A stretch of DNA of 64,000 nucleotides, taken from Eutreptiella sp. 'Long Island Sound 2002' (Eukaryota; Protista; Euglenida). The number at the start of each line of letters is the position of its first letter. Positions within the stretch are counted from its first letter, which is position 1. Where the stretch lies: the NCBI GenBank assembly GCA_964036045.1, contig OZ038378.1, positions 96,038,001 to 96,102,000 of the forward strand, read 5' to 3'. Below the pieces are notes generated by a model that was not told where the DNA came from, did not search any database, and worked only from the letters and a program-made list of their open reading frames with translations. The translations under genes and the position numbers were made by a program. Shown here piece by piece: positions 1-10,596 of this stretch.

Positions 1-338
1 TGCTTTCTCTCGCTCGCAAATTTCCTCCCCCAGGCACGTAATTTCCCGATGCCTTGCACGCTTTAGAGAAGCTGTGCCCTGCCAACTACCCACGGATTGA
101 AAAGCATCATGTGGCATGGTATCTGTCTCTGCCACTTCTTTTGACGGCCTGGGTAGCGAGGGGATCCCTGACCTTTCAAGACTTGCGGGTCTTCTTCGCG
201 CAGTTGGATTCCACGCTTGACATGCCTCCAGCGGCTGCGACTTTGGCGGCGAGGTCTCTCCGCGAGTCCCCCATTGTCCATCTCACAGGCATTGACGACC
301 GGGTGCCCTGAGCCTCGCTGATGTAGACAGGTGAGTCT

Positions 339-1469
339 GTGTCACTGGACGTGACGCTTCCGGTAAATGGCGGAGGAGGTCGCACTCCTCACAGTGTGCC
401 TCCGGTGTTGAATGGCTTTCTCACTTGGCTCAATATGGTGGACGACCAAAATTTAGGGGGCCTTGCGCGTGCCTTTCATTTAGCTATGCAACTGGCGGGC
501 TGCAATGTACCCAACTTTCCACATGATGCACTGCGGCGACAGTGGGAGCGCCTTCGGGCATCCTTGCCGTTGAGGCCCGCCGTCACCCAAGTGGTCGCAG
601 CCTTGTACAAAGCCCACCCGCAGGATGACCCCTCGGTCCCGGCAGCCGGCCACCAGCCGGCAGTGCAGGCACAGAAATCCAATCAGTCCACGGGCAGCCG
701 AGGTTCGGGGGGGTGGGCTCATTCTGATCCGGCGCCGTTTCCTGTGGGCTGCAATCTGCAATGGACTGCTGTCTCAGACCCCCCTTCCCAACCCATGTGT
801 GCGAGAGTGCTAGCCGGCTTTCTGCGCTCCCATTTTCACGATAACCTTTGCACCGTGCTGGATGAGTTTGTCCGGGCAGAATTTTCCTTTGCTGACATGG
901 GGATTCGCGAAGAGGCTCGGGCACGGGTAGAGCAAGGAGGCACAGTCACAAGGGGGGGCTTGAGAGTTCAGTGGCAGACGTCCTACTGCCCCCGGCCCCC
1001 TTCACCAGGGGGAGCGGAGGTTTTGCACATAGGTCCGCCCTGGCGATGTGGCAGGGGGGCGGCGGCGGCGCCTCCCGCCCCTGCCCCTGAATGCACGAGT
1101 GGCTCAGATGAGGGAGACCAACGCCGACACAAGCGGTCCCGTTCGGAGACGAGAGAACGTTCCCGTTCCCCTTCCAGGGAGCGCCGGCCCCACGAATGGC
1201 GGGCCGCGCCGGTCCAAGTCCCGGCGCGGCACGTGGATTCCTACTATGGAAATGAGTACCTGCGCAACCCCTTGACTTCCTCCACAGGGGCACCCTTTCA
1301 ATACGGGGCAACCTACGGATACCTGCCAGTACACAGTGGCGCGGCCACCCCCGCCCCCGCGTATCAGTCACCCCCCCCCTCCCCCCGCGCGTTGGGACAT
1401 AGCCTGCTCCCTTCGCCGGGAAACGGGCCAACCACGTATCCAAGTCCGGCCAGCACCCTACAATCGTGA
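339..1469 (+). CDS. ORF1-like protein of LINE-A (Pro/Arg-rich C-terminus, no recognisable domain)
   Basis: Uninterrupted 376-aa ORF directly upstream of the APE region; assigned by position only. Confidence 0.5.
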   Translation: MSLDVTLPVNGGGGRTPHSVPPVLNGFLTWLNMVDDQNLGGLARAFHLAMQLAGCNVPNFPHDALRRQWERLRASLPLRPAVTQVVAALYKAHPQDDPSVPAAGHQPAVQAQKSNQSTGSRGSGGWAHSDPAPFPVGCNLQWTAVSDPPSQPMCARVLAGFLRSHFHDNLCTVLDEFVRAEFSFADMGIREEARARVEQGGTVTRGGLRVQWQTSYCPRPPSPGGAEVLHIGPPWRCGRGAAAAPPAPAPECTSGSDEGDQRRHKRSRSETRERSRSPSRERRPHEWRAAPVQVPARHVDSYYGNEYLRNPLTSSTGAPFQYGATYGYLPVHSGAATPAPAYQSPPPSPRALGHSLLPSPGNGPTTYPSPASTLQS

Positions 1470-1975
1470 CCTCAAACGCGGTTGACCAATTTTTCCGCCC
1501 CCAAGAACCGCCTGGTTCCTTGAGACCTGCGGCGGAATGTGTGCTACAATTACCCCCTCAGGTGCGAAATCAGCAGTGGCCGTATGTGCTCGACCGACAC
1601 CAAACGGTATGACACCTGGCGCTCCCCCTGCCTTTGGACTCACTGACGTCAGCACCGGGGGCTTTGACCAATGTTACTCTTGTTCGCACGCACGTTGATT
1701 ACACCGGTTTGCGTGCGCAATGGGGCTCACATTGTGTATCAGCTGTTTACTCAAGCGGTGGCGCGTCTGCAAGACCTTTTTGCGTGAGAGAGGACTTTTC
1801 CGCTAGAAGAGGGGAGGGTGTACTACCTCCCCTCTAAGTATTTTCAAGGGCTAAACTCAGCCTGGTACCAGTTACCACGGGGTCTCTCACCCTTCTGTTG
1901 ACGGTTCTTAACCCTGTTACCCTTAGATGCCTTTTGCACAAGTTAGGTGGCCCAGTGCACGGGTCTCTACGCTAG

Positions 1976-2821
1976 TTGCAGGTGGCCTTGTCTTCCTTGC
2001 ACACTTTAGAAAACGATTCTCACCGGAAGTCTCTAGTCAGCGCAGACATGGCGGCTGTGTTTGACTTGCTCACACTAAATGTGGAGCACACTGTCAAGAC
2101 CATAGTGGTGGCTTTGCGGCAGCTACTTGAGTGGGCTGAATACCGGGCGGTGGTTCCCTTGCAAGAAACAGGGGTACTGCCCCCTCGTTTTGTTTTTCAC
2201 TGTCTGTATTTGCACACTTTTACAAAGGTCGCCTTGTCCTCTGCTGGGGTGTCCGTCCTGGTTTGTTGTGATTCCCACCTTCATGTTGGCGATTTTAAGC
2301 ACCACCCAGAGGGCAGAGCCATCGTCGTAGAACTTGTTTGCAAGGGTGTATCAATGCAAGTCGTCAATGTGTATATGTCTACCAAAGGCACGGCCAAGGA
2401 GTATCGTCCATTACCGCACTGGCTACGTGCTCATGTCGCTCCCGACTCAGAGTTGTTCTCCGTGGGGGGGCATTTTCAATGCATTCCGGGGTGGTCAGCG
2501 GGTTGTGTGTTCGTCAACACCGAGATCACCCCGGTATTGTCTGAGTTTGTCACTGATATGGCTTTGCTTCCGTTCACTCATGGCATGTCTGGTCCCACAT
2601 GGATCATTGCGCAGGGTTTCTTGGGTGCTCGGGACTTTTTCCTTAGACGTCGTGTCTCTTCGGAGGTCGGCACTTTCCGTGTAGAGAGTGAATCTGTCTT
2701 TCTGTCAGACCACTATCTGGTATACCTTACCTTGCGCACCCTCCTAGCGTTGGTGCCGCCCCGGAACTCCGCCTGCAGGGCGCGGTTTTGCCGGGGCACG
2801 GGTGTCTTCAAGTGGCAATAG
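1976..2821 (+). pseudogene. LINE-A ORF2: apurinic-like endonuclease (APE/EEP) domain
   Basis: Motifs in canonical order: LLTLNV, LQET, SAGVSVLV, EGRAIVV, VVNVY, GGHFQ (GDFN-like), PTW, RDFFL, SDHYLV. Confidence 0.9.
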
Positions 2822-2968
2822 GTCACCTTCGCGGATAGTTGCGCTGGCCTCCGTTCCCTCCCTTCGGATGCCACGACGCAATCATATCAGCATTTCGTCA
2901 ATGTCCTCACCACGGCCGCAGAGTATGTTTTTGGACCAACGGGTACCCCGGACACCGTCCTTGGCCTG

Positions 2969-3696
2969 ATGTCTGCGGCGGCGCGGGTCCCGCATGCGAT
3001 GCTCAAAGTGCACCGCCGCCGATGGCTGACCGCGCCCCTGGTCCGGAAATTGGGTGCCGCCCGAAAAGCGGTCCGACAAGCGGGAGAGGTGGTGGGAGTG
3101 GAACAGTCCCTTGAAATTGTCCCCTTGGCGTGCTTTGGGGGGGTTAAAGGCTCCGCCAAGCCCGAATACCTTCGGCTCTTGCGAAAACCCCACACGGCGC
3201 GCATTGAGCCCACCTATGTCAGTGGCCGGCTGGTCCCTCCAGAAGTTCAAGCTGCGGCCGGTCTCGATCAATTCCGCGCCCGTCGCTTGCACCCCATTCT
3301 CCGTTGTACTTAAGAGGTGCTTTGCGCCTTGGTACCATGGAGACCGGCCGTCATGCCCTCTTTGGTGGTTACCATCGACCGTCTCAAAAATATTTTGCGC
3401 AAACCGAGGAAGTCCACACCTTTCCGCCATCTCATCGAATACTGCATGATTGAGTGGTTGCATGACACGGAGTTGCAGTGGGTGGTTGTTTTTTTTTTGC
3501 AGAGTGTGTGCACTGGAGTCCCGCTACGGGCTCTAGTTGATGGTGACTTTTACGCTGTGCCTGCCAAAGTGCCACACGGGCCCATTGTCAATGTGCGCCC
3601 TCTTCTCAATTTTACCACCAGGCGGCAACTGGTCAGGGCGCACGTAGCCCACCAGTACGTGCCCCTCCTAGCTCGGGCAGGAGTGCCGGCATGCAC
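2969..3696 (+). pseudogene. LINE-A ORF2 linker and RT N-terminus (left of Gypsy-1)
   Basis: AVPAKVPHGPIVNVRPLLNFTTRRQLV matches the non-LTR RT domain-1 pattern (IPK..NYRPISLLN..KL); stops present. Confidence 0.75.
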
Positions 3697-6310
3697 TGAC
3701 GCAGAACCAGGCACGCCTCGGCCGCCGAACCATGTATTTTGTACAGATTCGCGACGGCAATTGATCTATGCATTGATTGCGAAACGGCCTGCACTTGCGG
3801 CGATTCTTTTCCATTATGTTATCACAGGCCCGTTGTCGCGGTCGCAAATGACGGCGTCGCCTCTGCCACGGCTCCAATAAGCCGAATTTATAAAGTCATT
3901 GTTCGAGAACTTCACGGCGCAAGACACTTCGAGTGTTCCGCAATTTTCTTCTCTATTTTTTGACATAAGTCGCCGATTTTTTCCGTAAAGAAAAATCTCG
4001 AAACGCGCTTTCATCCCCCAAGCCCAATAACAAGGGAGTCGCGCGTTCAAGCTCCCAAGGGCGGCCTAATGTGCCTCATAGGCACTGTTGATGAGGGTTT
4101 GCCCCCATCAACCTCATATTGGGGCTATTGGATCCCAACTCAACATGCCCAAAGCGTTATACATTCTTTGGGGCTCTCCAAAAATTGGGCAATCTCATGT
4201 ACTTGGCGACCAAGTACATGTAGAAACACGTTGAGTTGGTATTATCTCCCTCTTTGCACGCCTTAACACCCGGGTCATATCACTTAACTTCCCCGGAGCG
4301 TGCATATAAGTCCTTTGCAACCCACCTGGCCACATTTTGTGCTTGCATGCCAAAAATCGACTTTTTGAAATGAGGTCGATTTCCAACCCAAGCACTTGCA
4401 TGTGTGTTCAAGGACCAAAGTTACATAAGAATATAGGCATACTTTGGTCCTAGGCCACTAGGTTGGGTATATAAGGCTTGGGTAGGGTTGTTGGGTAAAT
4501 ATGGGTCATTTTGTGTGCCCATTTTGCGGGTGTACCATTCCAAGACAAACCCGCCAATGGACCCCATATTAAGCAGAGCCCTTCTTCCTAGCCCAAATCA
4601 ACACTGGAAAGTCTAACCTTCGCCCAAAGGCCCATGGAGAGCACACCCGAAGCGATGCGGTGCAAGCAAGGTGTGTTATTTGCATTTTTCCATTTTTCCA
4701 CGTGACCACTTGGGGAGCAGCGCACGTAACCCTCCATGGCACCCCAAGTGGAGCCCAAGCGTGGAAACCAAGGTCCATGGTGCCGGGACATAGTGTGTTA
4801 AGGGAATGGCCGGCTACTCAATTCAAGCCGGAGATACTATAGTATATTTGTGGGGATTTCACGTCCATTTTTCGTGTTTTTTCATCAATTTCACCATTTT
4901 TGGGCCGTCATGATGTCAAGTGGCGACCTTGTATCTCCACGTTGCGCTCAATGAACATCATGATCCAAGTATGTTATGAGAGTACATACTTCGGTGCCCA
5001 ACATATCTTGGACCCAGCCAATAACTCCTCTTGGGCTCGGCGCACCAAGGCCATCTTGTGGGCAATTTGGCCCAATCCCAAATCTTGGGCTCACTTGGCG
5101 GACCTGCCATTCGCAAATCCAGGGGGGTTTGGTCGACCCCTAAAGGTATGTCCGATACATAGGACTTGATACCAATTCTAGGGCATGCCCTGGTCCAAGT
5201 CGGACATGTACCCTATTTGCCCCCACCACGGGTGTGCGCATTTTCGGCCATTTTTTGCCATTTTTAATATTTTTGACCCGACGTGCACCATGTTCAGCCC
5301 CCCCGTGCACGCCGGTGGCATGGACCAATGGACCGTATATGGTATGTTGCTTGTGCATATTGGTCCCCATGACTCACATACCTCATGGCTGGACCGATGC
5401 CTACACTCACGGGGAGCTAGCCCAGGGTGAGTATGGTCAATTTTGCCATTTTGGCACTTGTGGGCCCCATTGGGGCCTACACCATGCTATGACCCATGGA
5501 GATCTTTGGGAACCAAGTACGTGCGGGCCCCCTTGGACTCCCATTGGGTCCCACACCGAACGCTGAGTCCCATCTCCAAGCCACCATGGAGATATACCCT
5601 TGGGGATACTTTCATTTTTGGCACATTTTTGGTTATGCCAAAACACCCCTTTTGGGACCCCAATTTTAGCCCCCCATGTGGTCAATGGGCGGCCCCATAT
5701 CTTTGAGCCCATGAGGAGCCCGGACCTAATTCCAGGTCTTGCACTTAGCTATGAGTCTTAGGTCCCACCTCCTATCTCGTAAGCCATGGGTTCAACCTTG
5801 GCTGCCCGAGCCACCCATGGGAATCTCTCCAAATTTGCCTATGTTTGCCATTTTTGCACCGAGATTTGGGTGCCACCAACCCTTGAAACGGCTTGAGGGT
5901 CACAGTGGGAATGGGTACAGGGACTCAAGCAACCTTCCCCCTGCCCGACATCCCAATCGTGACCTCTCATGCCATGTGTGCTTGGTGATCCAATGTGATT
6001 CATTTGTCACATAGGGTCCCCTACCTTTGTTACTTTTCCCATGTTGATTGCCTCCATCACCATCCCCACCATCGCCTTGTACATCCGCCACTGAGTACCC
6101 TCCACACATTCAAGTGATCCTCATCGACTTGTTGCAGCTTGCTCGTGTGACTGTCCAAGGGTGTGTAGGATTTTCAGGATAGGGTTGTCCTTTTTTGACG
6201 CAGTGAGGAAAACCCAGGGGGACCCCAGCAAACGGCCAGAACATGCCAACGTCCAACCAAGCACCCAGGGATGTGGCCGACCAGTGACCTATCCAGCCAA
6301 ACATGCGTCA
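3697..6310 (+). repeat. Gypsy-1 5' LTR
   Basis: Starts TGACGCAG, ends ATGCGTCA; collinear with 14803-17385 (8 mismatches counted in the first ~106 aligned bases, plus indels). Confidence 0.95.
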
Positions 6311-6322
6311 TGGTTGCAGAGT
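6311..6322 (+). promoter_or_regulatory. Gypsy-1 primer-binding site (tRNAiMet-like)
   Basis: TGGTTGCAGAGT abuts the LTR end and resembles the iMet PBS TGGTAGCAGAGG seen in Gypsy-3. Confidence 0.7.
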
Positions 6323-6339
6323 AGGCTCTGGAACCACTG

Positions 6340-9300
6340 GCCTTACCCCCGAGGCGCTGGGGCGCCACAACCAGCTGGCCTTCTTGCAACAGGAGGTCGC
6401 CCCAGAGGACCTCGCCAACATTGCGCCGCCTACGCTCGACCCCGAGGTGAACGTGGACATCTTGCGCCGATCCCTGTTGGGATCCGATGACCTCGGGTCA
6501 GTGGTGTCAGCCTCGCTGGCCACCGCCCACGAGGGACCCAAACCCGAGGGCGCTCTCGTCGTAGTAGGGGACCCCAAAGACGACGAGGAGGACACGGTGC
6601 AGGAACTGCAGAGGTTCTTCGTCGCCGAGCGTGTTTAGCGCGAGAAGGAGGAGGCCTTGAGGATCTGCCTGGAGGCCCACCTGAAGGAGACACTCGAGTT
6701 CATCGAGACGCATGGCCACCACAACCAGATGGTGAAGGACGCCAAGTCCCTGGACTCCATTGAGGAGGTCGTGTGCAGGATTACCGCCTGCGAGTCAGCG
6801 TGCAAGTACGCACAAGGCCGAAGCCCCACCTGTTATCTGAGGCAGCGGTTGGACCGGCTCGGCCCAGAGCTCGCAAGGCCAACCGCATCGGCCAGTGGAG
6901 CACAGCAGCGGGTGCAACCACATTTATCTGCGGGTGAGGACCCCATGGCTTTGGACGACGGCGCCCTCCGCCGCTTCCTTGCCCCAGAGCACGTCGAGAC
7001 CATGATGTGCGACAAGGAGGATGTGCCGCAATCACGCCCAGCTCCAGTCCACCAAGTCCACCACGGTGTGGCATTTGCAGCACCCTCTCCATCAATGCAC
7101 CACGGCCAACCAGCGGCGCCATCCGGTCCACAAGTCCACCACGGTGTGGCATTTGCAGCATCCACTTCTTTAATCCACCACGCCCAGCCGCCTGCAGCAT
7201 CCGCACCATCAGTCCACCCCACCCACCGAGTGGTTGAGGAACGCATGGAGATGGACGAGGAGGCAGCCGTGGTGACGAGTTCGGGTGCACGGGACAGAGC
7301 CCCCAGTCCAGGAACCGGCCAACGGTTTGCGCTGGTGAGGAGATCCCGAACGTCAAGAGCGTGTCGGACTGTGGAAGGGCGCGTGACCCAGCTGGAGAGG
7401 GAGAACAAGATTCTCCTGGATCAAGCTGTGGTGACCAAGCAGACCATGCTGAAGCATGCGGAGCGTATCCTCAAGCTGGAGCGGACCATGCGGGCAATCT
7501 GCGAGTTGATACCCGAAGCCCGCCCAAAGGAGGAGGAGGCCCCAAAGCCCACGGGTCCAGCCCCCCAAGTCGGACTACCCCCGCCACCGGAGGTGATTAT
7601 GCGTGGGGAACCCTTCCCCATGCCACCGCCAGCGCCACAACTTATGCTGCAGTCCTCCGCTAACGCGGAGCAATGGCAGAGACAGGCCAATCCCCCCACT
7701 TGACTGCCGCTAGCACCGGCGACCCTGATGGCCGGCGAGCCATTCTAGATTCCGCCGCCTGCGCCTGAGCTCCTGGCGTGGCTTTGATGCCCGACATGGT
7801 CACAACCACCAACACCATCCGCATCACCATCAGCATCATCACCAGCATCTTCACCAACACCATCAACACCACCACCATCATCATCAGATGGCGCCCCCGG
7901 TCGGATACGACCATGGTGGACACGGGTCTCAATTGTGGGGCCACGGTGGACCCAGCTACCCGCATGCATTCGGGCAGAGCATGCTGGGAAGTGCCGAGGT
8001 ACCGCCACAGGGATTGGGCCAGAGTTTACTCGGGTCAATGGTCCTAACGCAAAGAGAGTACCTCTCCATAGGCGAGTCGCAGATGACCCGAGTCATGGCC
8101 AATATCCCCATGCCCAAGTAAGGTGGCAACCCGGAGGACTTGGACGAGTTCGAGCGGACGTGGAACAAGTACGTCAACGACTCGACCATGGGGTGCAACG
8201 AGGCCCAGAGGCCGCGGTTCTGCCTGTCCATGCTGCCCCACTGTGTCCCAGCCAGCGTGAAGAAGGAGTTGGACGATTGGGTGGAGGACGGCAAGATCTC
8301 CACCTGCGACGAGATGTGGCGCGCCTTCCGCAAGGAAGAAGTCGCCGATCTCCCGCACCATGCCCAGCGCCGGTTCAAAGCTGTGTTGCTGAGGACGTTG
8401 GGAGGCCACATCTGGGTGGCAGATTGGCGGGACTTCCGCCGGGAATACCGCCACCGGAGGCGATATGTCGAGGACTCGACGGAGGAGTCGGAAGCCGCCC
8501 TGGTGTACGACATGCTGCCGTACAAACGGCAGCAGAAGGTCCAAGCGAAGGAGCAGAAGAGAGGCCGGTGGAGGACCGTGGTCAAGATCCTCCTGCCCCA
8601 GCAGCATCATCAGGGCCTGCTGCAGTGGATCAACTCCCGGGCCACCGCGCATTAGGGATTCGACACGATGAAGAACGCCCTGATGCTGACCACGGAGCAC
8701 CGCAGGATGGGCGATAGCCTGAAGGCCATGGACAGGGTCAAGTGGACCACAGGAATGCTAAAGGTCCAGGCGATCGACCCGCGGATGGCTGCTGATGAGA
8801 TCATTGACTTCATTGGCGAGAAGATGACGCCGTAGCACCGCAAGGAGGCGCAGCATGAGGACCGAGGACGCCAGCGAAACTGGCAGCCGCGGGACGTTCG
8901 GCAGACGGATGCGAACGTCGCCGAACCTGCCACCCCTGCCAGACAAGACAAGCCGAAGGGCAGTGGCAGCGCCTCCGATGCTAGCGCAGGCAAGCCTCAG
9001 AGTCCGTACCTTGAGGTTGGAGTGCAGGTAGTGGACGCCATCCTAGCGAAGGTGTACGGGCTGCACTCCACCAACTAGGCGAACGCAGCCCGCAAGCGGA
9101 AGGAGCCGCGCAGCTGGGGTACGCCGCCGGTTTCGTTTCGCGCGTACCGCGAGAAGCACGGCGGACCAGACGGCAAGGGCGGCTGCTATGTCTGCTACGG
9201 GCAGAATCGTGATCATCGCCATGACCACACGCGCTGAGAGGTGAACAAGAGGAAGAAGGTGCAGTACTTCTAGCGGCACCCCGACAAGGCCCCGCAGCCT

Positions 9301-9340
9301 GATCAGCGAGGCGGCCGTGATCCCCGCCAACATCGTCATA
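6340..9340 (+). pseudogene. gag: Gypsy-1 gag region (long coiled-coil/low-complexity N-part, capsid-like core, atypical Cys/His knuckle)
   Basis: IPMPK*GGNPEDLDEFERTW..DWRDFRREY is homologous to Gypsy-3 KIPYYDGNPSNLDDFILDW..EWNRYIRKY; CYVCYGQNRDHRHDH at ~9184; many stops. Confidence 0.75.
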
Positions 9341-10197
9341 TCGACGCCGACGTGGAGCGCCACGCTCAATTGATGGTGCAGATCCAAGAGCTGTTGAACC
9401 AGCTCGCCACCAGCCAGCCGCAGGGATCTCTTGGGCCCAAGGCCTAGAGAAGCCCCAGTGGCAACGGGTCTCCACGGCCGGAAGTCCCATGCTCTCCACA
9501 TCAGGAGAACACCCCCGTCACACCTGTGACTGTGTGCGAAAGCGCACTGGATGTGGAATAAGCCACTGCAGAGCTCGAGACACGTCCCACGCAGTACTGC
9601 CTGCCCAGCCGGTTCACCGAGATCCCGATGAACTTGGCGATCCTCGAGTTGCATGCGATACGCCAGGTGGGCAAACATCGCCAGTTGCATCTCAGAGTCC
9701 CCGGGGTAAGCAGTGCCGACGAGGAGCGGATCTTCGAGATCCTTGTTGATACCGGGGCTCAGGTGAGCCTGGTGCGTAGGGGACTGCTGAGTTCCCAATC
9801 CCTGCGGCGAAGCGCTGCGCCGGTCACCCTCAAAGTGGCCAATGGCGAGATCATGGAAGGCGGACTCAACGAGGCCGAGATCAACCTGGACCTTCGTCCG
9901 CCACGAGCAGCTGTCGCGACCAGATCTCGGTCGCAAACACCAAATCAAGGGGTTGTTCTACGAGGCGGACCTGCCAGTGTGGGACATGGTCATGGGGTTC
10001 GACTTCTTGGACATGGTCCACGCCGGGGTCCTTCCGCACAGGCGCACCTTGCTCGTCGAGGAGGCCGACAAGCGCAGCTGGCTGGGCACATCCATGGAGC
10101 CTCAGGCGCCCCCGTGGCAGCCAGCCGAGCGAGACGTCTCGGCCAGGCTGTGAGGAGCGTGTTGACAAGACCCCCCACAGCCAACATTGAGGACGGG

Positions 10198-10596
10198 TAC
10201 GGGCTGTCTCAGGGTGCCTTTCACATGGCACTTGGTGGAGTGGACGTATTCGGCAGCGCGGCGTTGCGGAGGTGTCCGAGGGTCTGGACCAAGGAGGACA
10301 ATGGGTGGAAGCGTGGTTGGAGCGGCGATCTTTGGGATGTGTTGTACATCCATGCCCCGCGTGGCTCGTTGGAGCGCGTCGTGGCAAAGATTGCCCTTGC
10401 CCGCGGCAGAGCTGTCGTGACCTTCCCCTCGTGGGAGATCCACGACGCCAAGGACGCACCCTGGGTGCAGGATCTGCGGTGCATGACCCTGATCGACACC
10501 CAACTCCCATCGACCAAGGACATCTTCGTGGACGCCCAGGGAAACCCGCTGCCCCCGCGTGCCAAGGGTTGGACCACCACAGTGGCATACGTGGAT
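10198..10596 (+). other. N6-adenine DNA methyltransferase-like domain (DIRS/phage Dam type) within Gypsy-1 pol
   Basis: YGL...FHMALGGVDVFGS..W..LYIHAPR.SLERVVAKI...RAVVTFPSW....W...L..MT...LP...IF follows the DIRS MT pattern (DLFAS..W..YAFPP..LI..VL.KI..ILV.P.W..W..L..LP). Confidence 0.7.

Noticed and set aside
1-1975. L1Tc/Ingi-style 2A peptide or 5' HDV-like ribozyme in LINE-A
   Set aside because: No DxExNPGP motif was found, and the 5' end appears to be outside the window.
3739-6304. Many short ORFs duplicated at 14.7-17.3 kb
   Set aside because: They lie inside the LTRs, differ in frame and length between the two copies and show no domains.
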